A stretch of 61,325 bases of DNA, the filler included, from Pirum gemmata (Eukaryota): NCBI GenBank assembly GCA_002812295.1. It is 8 parts of 8 records of this genome, joined end to end, with 100 filler letters (N's around TTAATTAATTAA, not from the genome) between each part and the next. Parts side by side here need not be neighbours in the genome. Positions count along the whole stretch, not along the records: positions 38,561 to 46,058 come from PDIN01000132.1; positions 46,159 to 53,648 come from PDIN01000133.1; positions 53,749 to 61,325 come from PDIN01000134.1; 5 more parts are not named here. One strand, written 5' to 3'. The notes beneath the pieces are model-generated. The model did not search any database. It saw only the letters and a program-made list of their open reading frames with translations, and was not told where the DNA came from. Positions 45,691 to 59,014 of the stretch are shown here, in pieces. The position numbers and the translations under genes were made by a program. The first letter of the stretch is position 1, and the number at the start of each line of letters is the position of its first letter.

Positions 45691-46451
45691 ATTAGCGTTA
45701 GCGTTAGTTATAGATAGAGACTGTTAGCGGGTTAGTGTTAATAATTGTTAAGTTTGGATAGGGGTAGTGAGGGGTAGGGGAAGAGGTAGGGGGGTAGGGT
45801 AGCAGCGGTTTTGTTTCTTTCTTGCTCTGTAAAGTTAGATGGTTTTAGTCGCTTTAGGTCATATCTACACAATCTATAAATACAATTTAATACTCTCTTT
45901 GCAGAAGAAAACGCGAAAATGTGAAAATGTGATATTTAGACCTAAAATATTATAAATTCTTTTATCATTTCGATCCGGATAGATTTCGGATTGATTACAA
46001 AAAAAAATTACATCATACTCTCTCTGTAAATATATCAAAAAAAAAAAAAAAAAAAAAANNNNNNNNNNNNNNNNNNNNNNNNNNNNNNNNNNNNNNNNNN
46101 NNTTAATTAATTAANNNNNNNNNNNNNNNNNNNNNNNNNNNNNNNNNNNNNNNNNNNNTAATAATAATAGTAGTAATAATAATAATAATAAATCAATTCA
46201 ACCTATTCAACAAATCAGTCGATCAAACGATACTCTTAACTTCCTCAGATAATAATAACAGTTTAATAACAATGTAACATATAACAAAATAATAATAATG
46301 AGAAGAAATGAAGATAATAAATAACATGGACAACGACACAAAGAAAATTGGTGTAGCATTATTAATAATACAATTGTTTTTTGATGAAATAAGCGACATT
46401 GCTATTACTATGCTTTCAATAGTATTGTCATTATTACATAAATTTTATTAC

Positions 46452-49043
46452 CCGAGGAATTGTCACTTCACGCTCGGACGTATAGTCTTGAATATCCCTT
46501 CCAAAAACTTTCGTTGTTTCAATTATATTTGACAGTTCTTCATTTGTTCTCTCAAGCTTTTTTACTAAATCACGAAAGCAAGACAGTTCACAATTGACCA
46601 ATTCTAAGAGATTAGCAACTAATTCAGGTTCACGCGAGAGAAAATCGAAGTACGATACACCCAAGCGATTTCTGCTCACTTTTATTTTTAAAAGAACAAT
46701 AAATATAAACATCAGTTATTTCTTAAGTCCAAATTATCGGGAATAACATTCAAATATCAAGGGCAGCAACAAAGAAATGAAATGTAAGAAGGGGTGAAGC
46801 AAAAACATTAAAGAAAAATGAAAATTTGACACTCTAAAAAATGAGATTTAAAGAATATTAAGATCGTCTCACAAACACACAAACACACAATAATAATGAT
46901 AATAATAATAATAAGGGAAAAAGGAAATAAATTTGTAAAATAATGAGTAAGGTAAAGAAATAAATGGGCATATCAAAATATCGAACCCAGGGGTTAGATT
47001 TATTTTGAAATTATTACCCACAGCTATGTAGAGCATAAAAACGCCCAAACGCCCAAACGCCCAATCAACCCAATAAACTATTGATATACATTGTATTCGA
47101 CAACTCAAAAAATCCAACACTTAAACACATAAAAAACAAAGAAATTAAAATCCGAGGATTAAGAACATGAACACATTACTTAAAAAAGCATTTTGCGCAC
47201 TACCCATTGCCTCTTGAGCTTGGGTTATTTCCCTTTCCCTTCTTGTTTTTTGCTAAAAGAAATATAAAATTTTAAGATATGGATAAGAAATGTCACAAAG
47301 AATTACAAGAAAGACAAAAATTACTACATATGTTCAAATTACTAAACTGCTAACCTCAGGTGGTAATTGTTCAAGCGAGCTAACATTCCTTTTACGAGAA
47401 TCAAGTTCCAGTCTGTCGTTTTCTAGATCTGCTCTTTTTGCAGATAGAGGAAATAGTTCCTAATAAATAATAAGAAAAATAAGAAAAATAAATAAGAATT
47501 AGTTGAGAGTTTCAAGACGAGATAATGTTTCAAAAAAATAGAGCCAGTACAATAAAACCAGAAGAGGAGCGAGTGATTTCAGGAGGCACATATGTACATA
47601 GCAATGCTATGATTTATCAGACGTTAACCAGTTTAAAAAAAAATAAAAAAATGATAAATACTTACAGTAGTAAGGAAACTATTGGGATACTCTATCAGTT
47701 TATCTTCAAGTTTGCATTCCATAGTGGCAAAAGATTTTCCTAATATTCAATTGCAGCATATATATAAAAGAGTAATTGCAATTTAATCTGAAGTAACAAT
47801 GCACAAAGGTCCATAAAAAGATCAATCTGAATAATACAAAGACAGGGATAGTCAGGGAAAGATAAAGCAAGCAAAAATAACAGCAATAGTAATGTTAAAA
47901 TATTATCACATACATATATATCGAAGAGGATAAGAATACAAGAATATGAGAACATAAGTATAAAATAAATATAAAGATACAAGAATAGTAAATCTAAAAG
48001 GAAGATCAAATATAAAGTAAGAGGTCAATATAAAAAGGATGAAGATGAAGAATAAAAAGGTCAAAAAAAAAATAAGAAGAATTAAGGTTAAATAATAAAA
48101 AGAAGGACAGCTTAATAGTATTATTATATTAATACTATTAACAATGAAACCTATTTCCAATTGAGATTTTCCAGCTAGGAACAAAGCATTACCCAAGCCA
48201 GTTTGTTTACCGAGTGTTTCTCCTCCATTTACCATGGCTTCTCCAAGAACCGACATGGGCCCTTGCTCGATTCTACGTTGTTCATCCCAACCATTTCGAC
48301 TTTTGTTAAGTTCAGTAGCACAGGCAATCACTAAATGATTTAGAACAAAAAACACAAACAAAAACAAAAACAATGTAACAAATACAATATAACAATAATA
48401 ATAACAAAAGGAATAAAAGGAGGGAATGGGGAAGTTGTTATTTTGTAACTTGTTTAAATAAAGTTAAGAAAAAATGCCAATCCTCAATCTAGACCAAACT
48501 GAAATTAAAGAATCTGGATCAAAATTTAAAAGAGTATTTAACGCTATTCTGAGACTAAATAAAATGTAAATTCAAAATAATCCTAACCTTACACATTAAT
48601 CTAAACTCTGAATCTAAACTTATAGAGTTTAAACAATCAATATTATTAATTGACCCAACTAACATCAGAAAAAAAGAATAGAATAGCGTCAAACATCAAA
48701 ACTCTCACAGTACCTTTTTCATAAATAGCTTGAATTTCAAATATCTTTTCCTCTGCTTCCTTGAATTCACCAGTCAAAGCCTCGGTTTGCTCAATCTAAC
48801 AGTTAAAAGAAAATTAAAAGGCGAAGTAAATAAAAAGAAGTACAAAGAAAAAAATTCATATATAGTCGGGAAGGAAGGGCGGATAAGATTGCAGTAAAAC
48901 AACACAATATGGTTAATAAAAAAAAGGGGGGATAGACCCTGTCTAATGGGAGAAAATAAGAACGTGGGGATAAATACGTTTATATTCATAATCGAGTTCA
49001 CACTCTCGTAGGCTCTTTGCCTTAACCGATCTAAATTAAACAT
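46452..49043 (-). CDS. Endophilin-like BAR-domain protein; exons 49043-48978, 48795-48714, 48330-48151, 47739-47666, 47459-47355, 47252-47180, 46678-46452; 3' end unresolved
   Basis: All six GT-AG introns join in consistent phase, giving MFNLDRLRQRAYES...IEQTEALTGEFKEAEEK...SVLGEAMVNGGETLG..TGLGNALFLAGKSQLEIG...KRADLENDRLELDSRK...REPELVANLLELVNCELSCF. This follows the endophilin N-BAR pattern (LGEAM..G..LG...G.AL; LE..RL..D; L..LV..QL.Y). Another donor follows 46452. Confidence 0.85.
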
Positions 49044-49394
49044 GATTATTTGGATTTTAGAAATAACAGCAATAAAAGCAATATGCTCTACTGAAACCAA
49101 TTTTTAATACTTTTCCTGACACTTCTGAATATTTTTAATAGACTACTATATTATTTATTATAACGTTATAATAAAGGGAACTTTTTATAAACCCAATTGA
49201 TATCACTATCATTTTTTATATTTGTATAGTATTTATATACTTTTTATATAATATGATATTTTATAGTTATTTTATGATATTATGATATATAGTCTACTAT
49301 ATAATATGATAAATGCTTGTAGCGCGAGCCTGTAGCACTAGTCTAGTTTGTCCAAATTCCAATTGATAGCTAGGTTATTTTTTTTAACATCTAT

Positions 49395-49600
49395 GCCAGA
49401 TAAATTGCAAAATCTGGCATATGAGCCATATGATAGATAATGAGCTCAAAATCTGACGAAATATTAAAATACTCCAATGTTAATTAAAGTACTATCAAAA
49501 TTGCAGAAATTTTCTAACTTAGAAAACTCTATTATGAGCCAATAGCCAGTTTTTAATAATAATTTGGCTAGTTTTTTATAAAAGAAGTTGTTTTATCTGA
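49395..49600 (+). mobile_element. MITE family F, degenerate
   Basis: GCCAGATAAA...CATATGAGC...AAAACTCTATTATGAGCCAATAGCCAG homology. Confidence 0.55.
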
Positions 49601-49849
49601 CCTATTGCTATTGAATAAGTTTTTTGACTTGAGCAGCGGGTAGCTGCGGGGTAAAATTTAAAAGTTGTAATTTGTTGATTTGTTTCATAATACTTTGGTA
49701 TAAGTTAATGATTTGATTGTCAGTAGGTTGTGACTTGTTGTACTTTTCATAATAAGACCATAATATATAGTCTATGATGATTAATTGTATTGTTCTTTTG
49801 TTGTAGAAATATTTGTTTTTAAACTTTGTTCCTAGAATTATAGCGTTAT

Positions 49850-51550
49850 AGTCGTTGTTGTGGATATTGTTAGAGTACGTTGTTGTCTATATTCGGGTTT
49901 ATATTTAATATTTTTTTGATGTAGGTTAGCCATTCTAGTCTAGCGGATGTTCAAAGATGTATCAATTTTGATATCATGGATATAGTTTGACTTCTGGTGG
50001 AAATTCTTTGGAACAATACTGACATTGAAAAGGTTGGGTTTTCGACGTCCACTGTCTTGTTGGTTATCTTTGGGTTAGTATCCATATGTGACTTTTTAGT
50101 ATTTTCGGTATTATTTTTGTATTGATTCTTCTATTTTTAATCATCTTTTTCCATTAATTTTGTTCTATATTCCATAGGTTGTTTAGGTTGTTATCATTAA
50201 ATATTTTCGGTTTGAGATTTTCTTCTATCTGTTTTATACTACGTATACTGTTTGTCATGGTCATTTGTAGATTCCAACTATCTGAAGGTATTAATGTTAA
50301 CATTGGTTTAGACTTTGAGCATAATTCTATTAATGTTCGTGGTTAATTAAACTTGTTGTTGTTGTTATGTTGATGGTTGCATGCTAGTTTTAATTATCGT
50401 TCTGTATTGTTTTGTATTGGGATCATGTTTTGTAGGGTGTCTATTGTGTGAATTATCCATATATCCATGTTGGTAATGATTTATTATTGTTAAAATGTTG
50501 TTAATGTTGTTAATGTTGTTAATGTTGTTAATGTTGTTAATAATGTTGTGTAAAGTGAGATTTTGATTGTAGTTATGATGTGATTGGTTAGTGAGTGAGT
50601 TGTAGTTGCTAAGTAAACAATGTGACCAGCAATATTTGTTGTGATTGTTATTTGTATTGCATGAAAAGATGTGTTGAAATTTTTTAATAAGGTTGGCGTT
50701 TCTCCTTGCAAGAGATTGATCATGATGATGCCTCCTTTGTTTTTGGGTGTTTTGATGTTGTTTTATGTGAATTGGTTGTTGGTAAAAAAAGGTTGTGATT
50801 TTTTGGTGTAGGGGTTGAAGTAACTTATCTGGTATAAAGGTGTTGGCCATGGAATATTGAGATTTTGCTAGCATTAAAAGGTGTTGGCTAAATTCATTCT
50901 TTCTAATAAGGGTAGATTTTAGCTTTCGATTTTTTGTTGTTTCTATTATATTAATTATTTTTCTTTCTAGTTTGTTATAGTTTTCTTTTTGACTTGCCTG
51001 GGAGTTCCCTATAAAAACCTCTTTCCATTGTTTCTAGTTTATTTATATTTTGATTATTCTGTAGAATGCCGTTTTCTTCTAATAAGGTTGACATTTTACG
51101 AAAGTTCATTGTTTTTGTTTTATCCTTGTTTAATTTGTAACCACCAATATTTTCACCAAAACTTGTTATTGTATTGATTACTAATAGAATGAATAATTCA
51201 TTTTTACCGAAGATCTGCGTATGCAGGAGGATAATTTTTTGTAATGAGGTGGATTATAACTCTTAAAAGATCTATGTATATAACAAAAAGATATGTTGGA
51301 ATTTGTCTTATACTTCTTGTTGTAACTATGGGTATTGAGTAGAAACCATTGATTTTGATATGTACTATGGAGTTTTCATTTAAGTTTTGGATTATTATTA
51401 TAAATTCTTCTGGAAATCCAAAGGAGTCTAGCTAGAATGTCCATCTTGCTCTGCCGAAAGCTTTTTCCAGTCTTTTTCCATGGTACCGGTATTCGTAAAA
51501 ATGTTGTGTTTCAATCAATAGTTTCAATAAAGGTCATTGCATTATTAATT
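49850..51550 (-). pseudogene. Degenerate non-LTR retrotransposon (Tx1/L1-like) ORF2: RT to C-terminal Cys-rich region
   Basis: Broken minus-strand peptides: LEKAF..ARWTF..FGFPEEFIIIIQNL...IKING...TRSIRQ, PAYADL, KRMNLANT..LAKSQY...IPDKLL, PFQCQYCSKEFPPE. Small related fragments at ~53769-53850 (+) and ~7795-7885 (-). Confidence 0.8.
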
Positions 51551-53087
51551 TGCATAGTAGTCTATAGACTACTCAACATGTTTGTGGGGCGAAACAGGTG
51601 GCGAGACCCTGGTAGTACCCTGGTCTACTATGATACTAATTTATCACATAGACTATCAGATATGATACTAGCTAAGTACTGGCTAGCTATCATAGCAGTT
51701 ATCATAGCTAGCTAGCTACCTCGATAGAGTAGAGGCGTATGATATGACCTAGCTAGCTAGCTAGCTAGTAGCTAGCTGAGACTACTATTGATAGCTAGAG
51801 TAGTAGCTACTACTAGCTAGAGCTAGTAGTAGTCGATTCAGTCGATTCACCAGGTCGATTCACTGTCGAAGTGTCGATTGGCAATAACAACAGATATGGG
51901 AGCAACAATATAAAAAAGTTAGGGATTTCAGTACTTTTCAACTAATCCTTGTAATGATATATAAAAAAGTCAGGAATGATAATACTTTTTAGCTAATAGT
52001 TGTATTGATATATAAAAAAGTCAGGAAAAGTCAGGGATTGTTCAATCCGTTTTCAAGTATCACTTTTAATTATCCTTTTTTAGCCTTTTTTATTGGTCAA
52101 ATTTTAAATTTAAGACCACAAAAAATGTTATTGGTCTAAGTCTGAAAGTCAGATTTTTCCAGCCAATGTATTTTTCCTCGCCTTTTTTTCTGGCCATTTA
52201 TTGAATGTGCCGTTTGGCCGTGTGTTTAGAACTTTAGTTTAGAGTCTACTAGAGTCTAAACTCTAGCTAGTCTAGACTGTGTTTAGACAGTTTAGCTACT
52301 TGTGTAAGTTGTGTTACAGACTTGTGTTAGGTCAAGTGCGTTAGGTGCCTTGTAAGTTGTAAGTTTCAACTGCCTATTGGTCACTACTAAATTGGTATTT
52401 TAACTAGGAGTTCTATTAGTGTTCTATTTTACCACGTAGTACGTATTAATTAGACTAGGATTTTTGCGCTTTCATTTTTAGTCCACTCATTTTAACTTAT
52501 TTTAATTTATGATATTTATGATAGTCATTTTTTCTTTTTTCTACATAATTTAGCATTTTCATTGGTAAACTATTCCTAGTATAGTTCCTAGTATGCAGAT
52601 TTTTAAGCTTTTTAAGCAGGAATTCTGATATTTCAATTTTTAATTGGTCAAGGTATTTGTTGTCGATTTTTGCTACTTTTCATTGGGCATTTTATATTTT
52701 GAAAAAAAAAAAAAAATCAACAAAACTATGATATCGATCTAGTTTTTTAAAAATAGACTATTACAATATCATAGTATGATACAAGGACTTTTTTTAAAAA
52801 AGTCCTTGTATGATATATAAACTTTTATGTGTACAAAACCTGTTCTCCTGTTCTCAGAGAGTCAGAGTTAGTATTGATAATAATACCATCTTAAAAGAGA
52901 CTACATTTTTGGCAAATAGCTCTTTTTTAGGTAAAACGCACCAATAAAGTTTGGATGAGCTAAGGTTAATAATAGGGTTAATTAATATTCTCCCCCAGAG
53001 TTAATATTACTTACAGGTTATGATAATATTATGATATACAGAGATTATATATATAGATTATATAATATTATAAATCATATATACATT

Positions 53088-53293
53088 CTATCGTCTATTT
53101 CATTATAATTGTCCACTCAATCTTTAATTTAGTACTGTTTAAGTATATAATTGAACTTGTTTATAAAATACAACATTAAGTATAAAAATTTAATACCAAA
53201 TTAATTAAAACATGTCTGATAGTTTAACCATAATAATAATTTGGTACGTTTATTTCAGTTTTTGAATTGGACAACACTATTGAAAAACACGAT
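53088..53293 (+). mobile_element. MITE family G, full-length
   Basis: TATCGTCTATTTCA ... TGAAAAACACGATA imperfect TIRs. Confidence 0.72.
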
Positions 53294-53963
53294 ATATACT
53301 ATATTATCATATATACACTACCAGTATATTATACTAGTAGCTACGATACATTATATAGTAATATGTATAGCTATAGCCTATAGACTCTAAACTAATGATA
53401 ATTATCATATTATCTATAGAGACTGATGGGCTGTAACGGTAGTACACAAAGTAGTATGTACAAATGTGTCCCTATGTATTACTTGTTTTGACCCTTGTAC
53501 GATCATATTATAATAAAAGCATACACTAACATTTAGTATTCGTATTGTGTCTATATCTTTATATTTAAAATTGAGAGTGCTTTGTTTCTGTAAGGTATTG
53601 AAATGTAATGGTCACGTTCGCAGCGCGACTAATTTATAAAAACAAGAANNNNNNNNNNNNNNNNNNNNNNNNNNNNNNNNNNNNNNNNNNNNTTAATTAA
53701 TTAANNNNNNNNNNNNNNNNNNNNNNNNNNNNNNNNNNNNNNNNNNNNATTATATTATTATTATTATGCCAATACTGTTCCAAAGAATTTCCACCAGAAG
53801 AGTCCAGAAGTCAAACTAAAAATCTTTGAACATAGACAAACCTGTAAGACTAACTCTAATATACATAATAATGATTTATTATATTATACTATTATTTACT
53901 TATTATATCAAAGTTATTGTTTTATATTATATATATGATATTATATTCAATAATACATCATAA

Positions 53964-54108
53964 GGGAGCTTTCAAATACTACGTAACGCCAACTTCCAGT
54001 CAAATACAACTTCAAATACCCCTACCTACCTACCCCTCGACGTTAATTTCTGGTCAAATACTACCTACCTACCTACCCCTTGACATGACGTATTATTTGA
54101 ACGCTCCC
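53964..54108 (+). mobile_element. MITE family B, full-length, TAA target duplication
   Basis: TAA|GGGAGCTTTCAAATACTACGT ... ACGTATTATTTGAACGCTCCC|TAA. Confidence 0.88.
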
Positions 54109-54130
54109 TAATGATGGATTATAATATTAT

Positions 54131-54313
54131 CGTGCATTTCATTTATTTTGTCACTCTGAATAATTATTTGGAGGGTTATAATCTTTAAATTGACATTTTT
54201 AAATCAATATATAGATAATAAAATATACCAAATTAAATTAAATGGATGTATATTGTATTAATTTGGTACTATTTATTGTATATTTTATGATGACAAAACA
54301 AATGAAAAGCACT
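54131..54313 (-). mobile_element. MITE family A, full-length
   Basis: TIRs and core; TA flanks. Confidence 0.85.
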
Positions 54314-54398
54314 ATTAGACAGCACTATTATGATATTATAGACTAGTCTAGAGTGGCGTTGATTCACAGTCACACTCATGAAGTCTCATGAAACTATG

Positions 54399-54575
54399 GT
54401 GCTTTTCAGTTGTTTTGTCATATATATAATAAAGAGCACCAAATTAATACCATATAAATCCATTTCATTTAATTTGGTATATTTTATTATCTATTTATTC
54501 ATTTAAAAATGTCAACTTAAGTATTATACACAACCAAATAAATATTCAGAGTGACAAAATAAATGAAACGCACTA
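54399..54575 (+). mobile_element. MITE family A, full-length
   Basis: TIRs and core. Confidence 0.82.
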
Positions 54576-55039
54576 TATCATAAACCCTTTCTAGCTAGAG
54601 TTAGAGTTTAATACTGGAATATTATAGTAGTAGAGTGACTAAGTAGACCCCCGGGCCTAATAATAAATAAACCATTGCTAAATTTAATGCTACTATATTT
54701 TTTAAAAAAATTATTCTAATAAATTATTTATAAATAAATAAACCTAGCTCCGCACCAGCCTCGCACCAGCCTTGCACCAGAAGTTTGGAAAAACGACCGA
54801 AAAACCCTGCCCGAAAACCCTGACCGAAAAATGGCTGGGAAAAGAGAGCGGCTAGCTAGCTAGACTACTAGCTAGCTAGTAGCTAGCTAGGGGGGGGGGG
54901 NNNNNNNNNNNNNNNNNNNNNNNNNNNNNNNNNNNNNNNNNNNNNNNNNNNNNNNNNNNNNNNNNNNNNNNNNNNNNNNNNNNNNNNNNNNNNNNNNNNN
55001 NNNNNNNNNNNNNNNNNNNNNNNNNNNNNNNNNNNNNNN

Positions 55040-55145
55040 TTAGGGTTAGGGTTAGGGTTAGGGTTAGGGTTAGGGTTAGGGTTAGGGTTAGGGTTAGGGT
55101 TAGGGTTAGGGTTAGGGTTAGGGTTAGGGTTAGGGTTAGGGTTAG
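55040..55145. repeat. (TTAGGG)n tract beginning at an N gap, with unique DNA on its 3' side (interstitial orientation)
   Basis: Direct reading. Confidence 0.93.
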
Positions 55146-55805
55146 TAGTACCACACATATCTGATATGATAGTGATATCATATCATATCATATCATTATA
55201 GTTATGATGTCATATCTCCAGGATATTATGATATATCGGTATGATTTTGATTTTGATTTTGATTTTTTTATAATTAAATTTTATTATAAATTTTTTAGGC
55301 CTATTTATTTTATTTTGACGTTAAAATTAAAACGTCAGTCGATTCTGACGAACCAACACTAGTAGTAGCTACTACTGTGTCATTATGAAAAGTACAACAA
55401 GTCAAAACCAACTGACAATCAAATCATTAACTTATACCGGGATACCAAAGTATTATGAAACAAATCAGCAAATTGCAACTTTAACTTAACTATATATAAC
55501 TGCTCCTCCTTCTTTTTTAAAATGACCATATACTAAAGGAAAACAGCTCTTTTCGCTATGATATTGATATTATTGATAGTCTTAGTATCATAGTATGATA
55601 CTGTATAATAAGCTGTAGTCTATCCGATTCCGATACTACAGTGATATTCGTACAGTGATAGACTACTATCCGATACTATCATAATAATATCATATAGTTT
55701 AATTATCATAATTAACATCATATCCGATAGCTACTATAGCTGCCATTCTCTAGCTACTAGCTAGCTAGAAGCTAGCCAGGCCTAGCTAGTAGGGGGTAGA
55801 TATTA

Positions 55806-56193
55806 GTGAGCGTTCAAATAATACATCACGTAGGGGTGAGATGACGTCATTTTATTATTACCGAACAGCTGCCGGAACTTTTCCGATTTATGATTTTATT
55901 ACTATTAATTAATGTTAATATTGTTACTTTACTTGGTATCTACTATAATTAGATTTCCTATTTTAAGCTATTTAACTGCCAATATTAGTAAAGAACACGG
56001 AACTAAGGTTGGCTCGATAAGCATCTGTTCGAAAAAAGTTCCAGTAGATATCTCACCACGTCAAGGGGTAGGTAGGTAGGGGTAGGTAGGTAGGTGGTAT
56101 TTGACCAGAAATTAACGTCGAGGGGTAGGTAGGCAGGTGTATTTGAAGCTGTATTTAACCGGAAATTGGCATTACGTAGTATTTGAACGCTCC
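55806..56193 (-). mobile_element. MITE family B with a nested family C copy (55831-56057)
   Basis: Family B TIR stops at ...ACATCACG (55830) and resumes CACGTCAAGGGGTAGG after the family C sequence. Confidence 0.82.
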
Positions 56194-56195
56194 AT

Positions 56196-56397
56196 TATCA
56201 TATTTTTCAATAGTGATATCCAGTTCAAAAAGTGAAATAAACATATACCGAATTATTATTACGGTTAAACTATCAGACATGTTTTAATTAATTTGGTATT
56301 TTATACTGTTAATGTTGTATTTTATAAATAAGTTCCATTTTACACTTAAACAGTACAATTAAAGATTGAGAGGATAACTGTAATGAACTAGACGATA
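56196..56397 (-). mobile_element. MITE family G, full-length
   Basis: Reverse complement of 53088-53293. Confidence 0.72.
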
Positions 56398-57619
56398 TAA
56401 AAATAATTATGATGTATCAGAGCCTCAGAGGTATTAATTGTTTTGATTTATTTATACAAAAAATATTCAAAAAGTAATCAATCTCTTATTATTATTTTAT
56501 AATATGATATCAATTTTTTTTTTATGTATCATAGGATTCATAGTAATGATCATAGACTGTAGACGGTCCTTAGACCCCCAGCCCCAGGCCTAGCTAGCTA
56601 GCTAGTGTGAGATAGGCCTAATCAGATAGCTACTACTATTATAGTAGGCTAAACTAGTTTCGCACATGATACATCGCTCTCATAAATCCCTCCCTCCACC
56701 CCCCCCCCTAACCAGCTGGCTAGTAGTAGAAGTCCCTCCAAGGGTCTGGACTCTGGGGTGTGTTACCGTGTGTAGTCTCCACTCAAACTGGAAGTCTCCG
56801 TCACTCCGTGCCCAATAGCGACTGGATCTATCTAACATTAGTCTAGTCTCTAGTCTACAGAACTGTCTAAAGTCTACTTTAGCCTGCTTTACCCTAGCTA
56901 GACTAGTAGTCCTCAGGCTTTACCCTGGTAGAACTGGTAGAGGTCTATAGCAAATTATCGGTATTTTCGCGAAAATACCGGTAACCGATAATTTGCTATA
57001 TATAGACATAGCAAATTTACGGTCGAAAATAACCAGAAATTTGCTATAACTGTGTAGAGTCTCCGAGTATTATAAACAGTTACTTGAATCTAAGACTTGA
57101 ATAAGTCCTGCCCTGACTCCTCTCACTACTATGATAAGCCTATGATACGACCTTGAAGGCTTGGACAGTCCTTGAGCTATTCCTTGAGCACTATTTGTAT
57201 GATATTAAACTTATTATTTTTATATATTACAATCTTTTACTACTTGGCACTGGTCCTATTGATGTAATGACACTCAAGAGTCACGACCGGCGGCTACTTG
57301 AACCAGCAGCCCTGTAAGTTATCGTTTAAAACTATAATATGCATATTGATATTATTATTATTTAATCATTTTAAAAAAATCATTAAAAAGTATTAGTCTA
57401 TATATTATTTTTAAATTATCTTTGAATCTCCGAAAACGCTAAAGTTTACTCTATTTTATCTATCTGAATAATCTGATATCATATCATATCATACTTTTTA
57501 TCCGATATGTAAGGGGCCTGGTACTGTGGTACATTATTACAATATTAGTCCATGCATATGATTGTCTATGATCTATCATCTATTTTGTAATATTGATAAT
57601 TTTTATGATATAAAAATAT

Positions 57620-57664
<45 letters not shown>

Positions 57665-57892
57665 AATGTTTCCTATTTCATTTTTTGCTAGTCATTTTTT
57701 GAAGTTTGAAGTTTGAAGTGAATTATCAGAACTTTTATTATCGATACAAAGTTATTACCGTGATATCATATCGATACTCTAGCTAGCTAGCTAGCTATGA
57801 TAGTATCGATACTAGACAGATACTACTAGCTAGCTAGCTACTACTCTATCATACTACTAGTCTATAGCCTAGCTAGCTAGTACTTTTCCTGA

Positions 57893-58074
57893 GTGCTTTT
57901 CAGTTGTTTTGTCATCATAAAATATACAATAAATGATACCAAATTAATATAATATAAATCCATTTAATTTAATTTGGTATATATTTATTATATATTTATT
58001 CATTTAAAAGTATCAATTTAAATATTATAAACAACCAAATAAATATTCAGAGTGACAAAATAAATGAAAAGCAC
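57893..58074 (+). mobile_element. MITE family A, full-length
   Basis: TIRs and core. Confidence 0.87.
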
Positions 58075-58157
58075 TGCTGCACTAGTGCTTAGTAGTACTA
58101 GCTACTAGAAGTCTATAGACGACATCTGAGACATCTATAGACTGCGGTAGGGTTTGC

Positions 58158-58281
58158 GGAGCGTTCAAGTACTAGTAGGTAACGCCAATTTCCGGTCAAG
58201 TACAGCTTCAAATACCGCTACCTACCTACCCGTCGACGTACCTACCTACCCCTTGACGTGACGTGTTATTTGAACGTTCCT
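58158..58281 (+). mobile_element. MITE family B
   Basis: GGAGCGTTCAA ... TTGAACGTTCC. Confidence 0.78.
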
Positions 58282-58539
58282 TAGCTTCTAAAGACCTAGA
58301 AAAACCTGTCATACTTCTAAAGACACAGCTGTAAATGATATTTTGTAACTTTTATAATGATAATAAAAATATGATATGATTTATAAAAAACTACTATCGA
58401 TACTACTAGCTAGAGATTCTGATTACTACTTGGTAAAGTAACCGTAAAGTATTATTGTGAATCTGAGATGATATTTATTTATTTTTCAATATGACTTTTC
58501 ATGGCTGTGGTCTTTTAAAAAACAATGACTTTTTAATAA

Positions 58540-58698
58540 GGGAATATTCAGCAATGGCGTCATCATGAACACCGCAGACCGTCCTCACCTTCTGACCTAT
58601 CAGATGAAAAGTCTAAGCTTTCATATTACGATCTAAGCAATTTAAATGGAAATCTCGAAAAAGGATATTTTAAAAGTGACGTCATTAATGAATGTTCT
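58540..58698 (+). mobile_element. MITE family E
   Basis: GGGAATATTCAGCAATGGCGTCA ... TGACGTCATTAATGAATGTTCT. Confidence 0.6.
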
Positions 58699-58782
58699 AT
58701 AATATATGTATGGTTTATATACTGTTTATATAGTGCCAATTTCCAGCTATTCAGAACTGTGCAATATTTAAAAGGGAAGTTC

Positions 58783-58824
<42 letters not shown>

Positions 58825-59014
58825 GTGCTTTTCAGTTGTTTTGTCATTATAAAATATACAATAAATATTACCAAATTAATATAATTTAAATTCATTTAAT
58901 CTAATTTGGTATATTTTTTTATCTGTATATTGATTTAAAATCGTCAATTTAAAGATTATAACCCTCCAAATACCAAATAAATATTCGGAGTGACAAAATA
59001 AATGAAATGCACGA
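58825..59014 (+). mobile_element. MITE family A, full-length
   Basis: TA|TAGTGCTTTTCAG ... TGAAATGCACGA|TA. Confidence 0.85.

Noticed and set aside
49655..49755. ~100-bp segment shared (inverted) with ~55382-55484
   Set aside because: A real dispersed repeat, but with no termini or identifiable coding motif; probably TE debris
7541..53748. Regular ~7.6-8.0 kb periodicity of TTAATTAATTAA palindromes
   Set aside because: Always centred in 100-bp N spacers: an assembly linker joining similar-sized contigs, not biology. It also invalidates any synteny across spacers.
28805..54111. ORFs at 28805, 30328, 30558, 43400 and 53917 as genes
   Set aside because: They translate MITE family A or B sequence; no transposase motifs
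15457..55181. ORFs of poly-GL/NP/TL, poly-Y/T, poly-N, poly-L, poly-F and poly-I
   Set aside because: Translations of telomeric tracts, microsatellites, T-rich introns or N gaps
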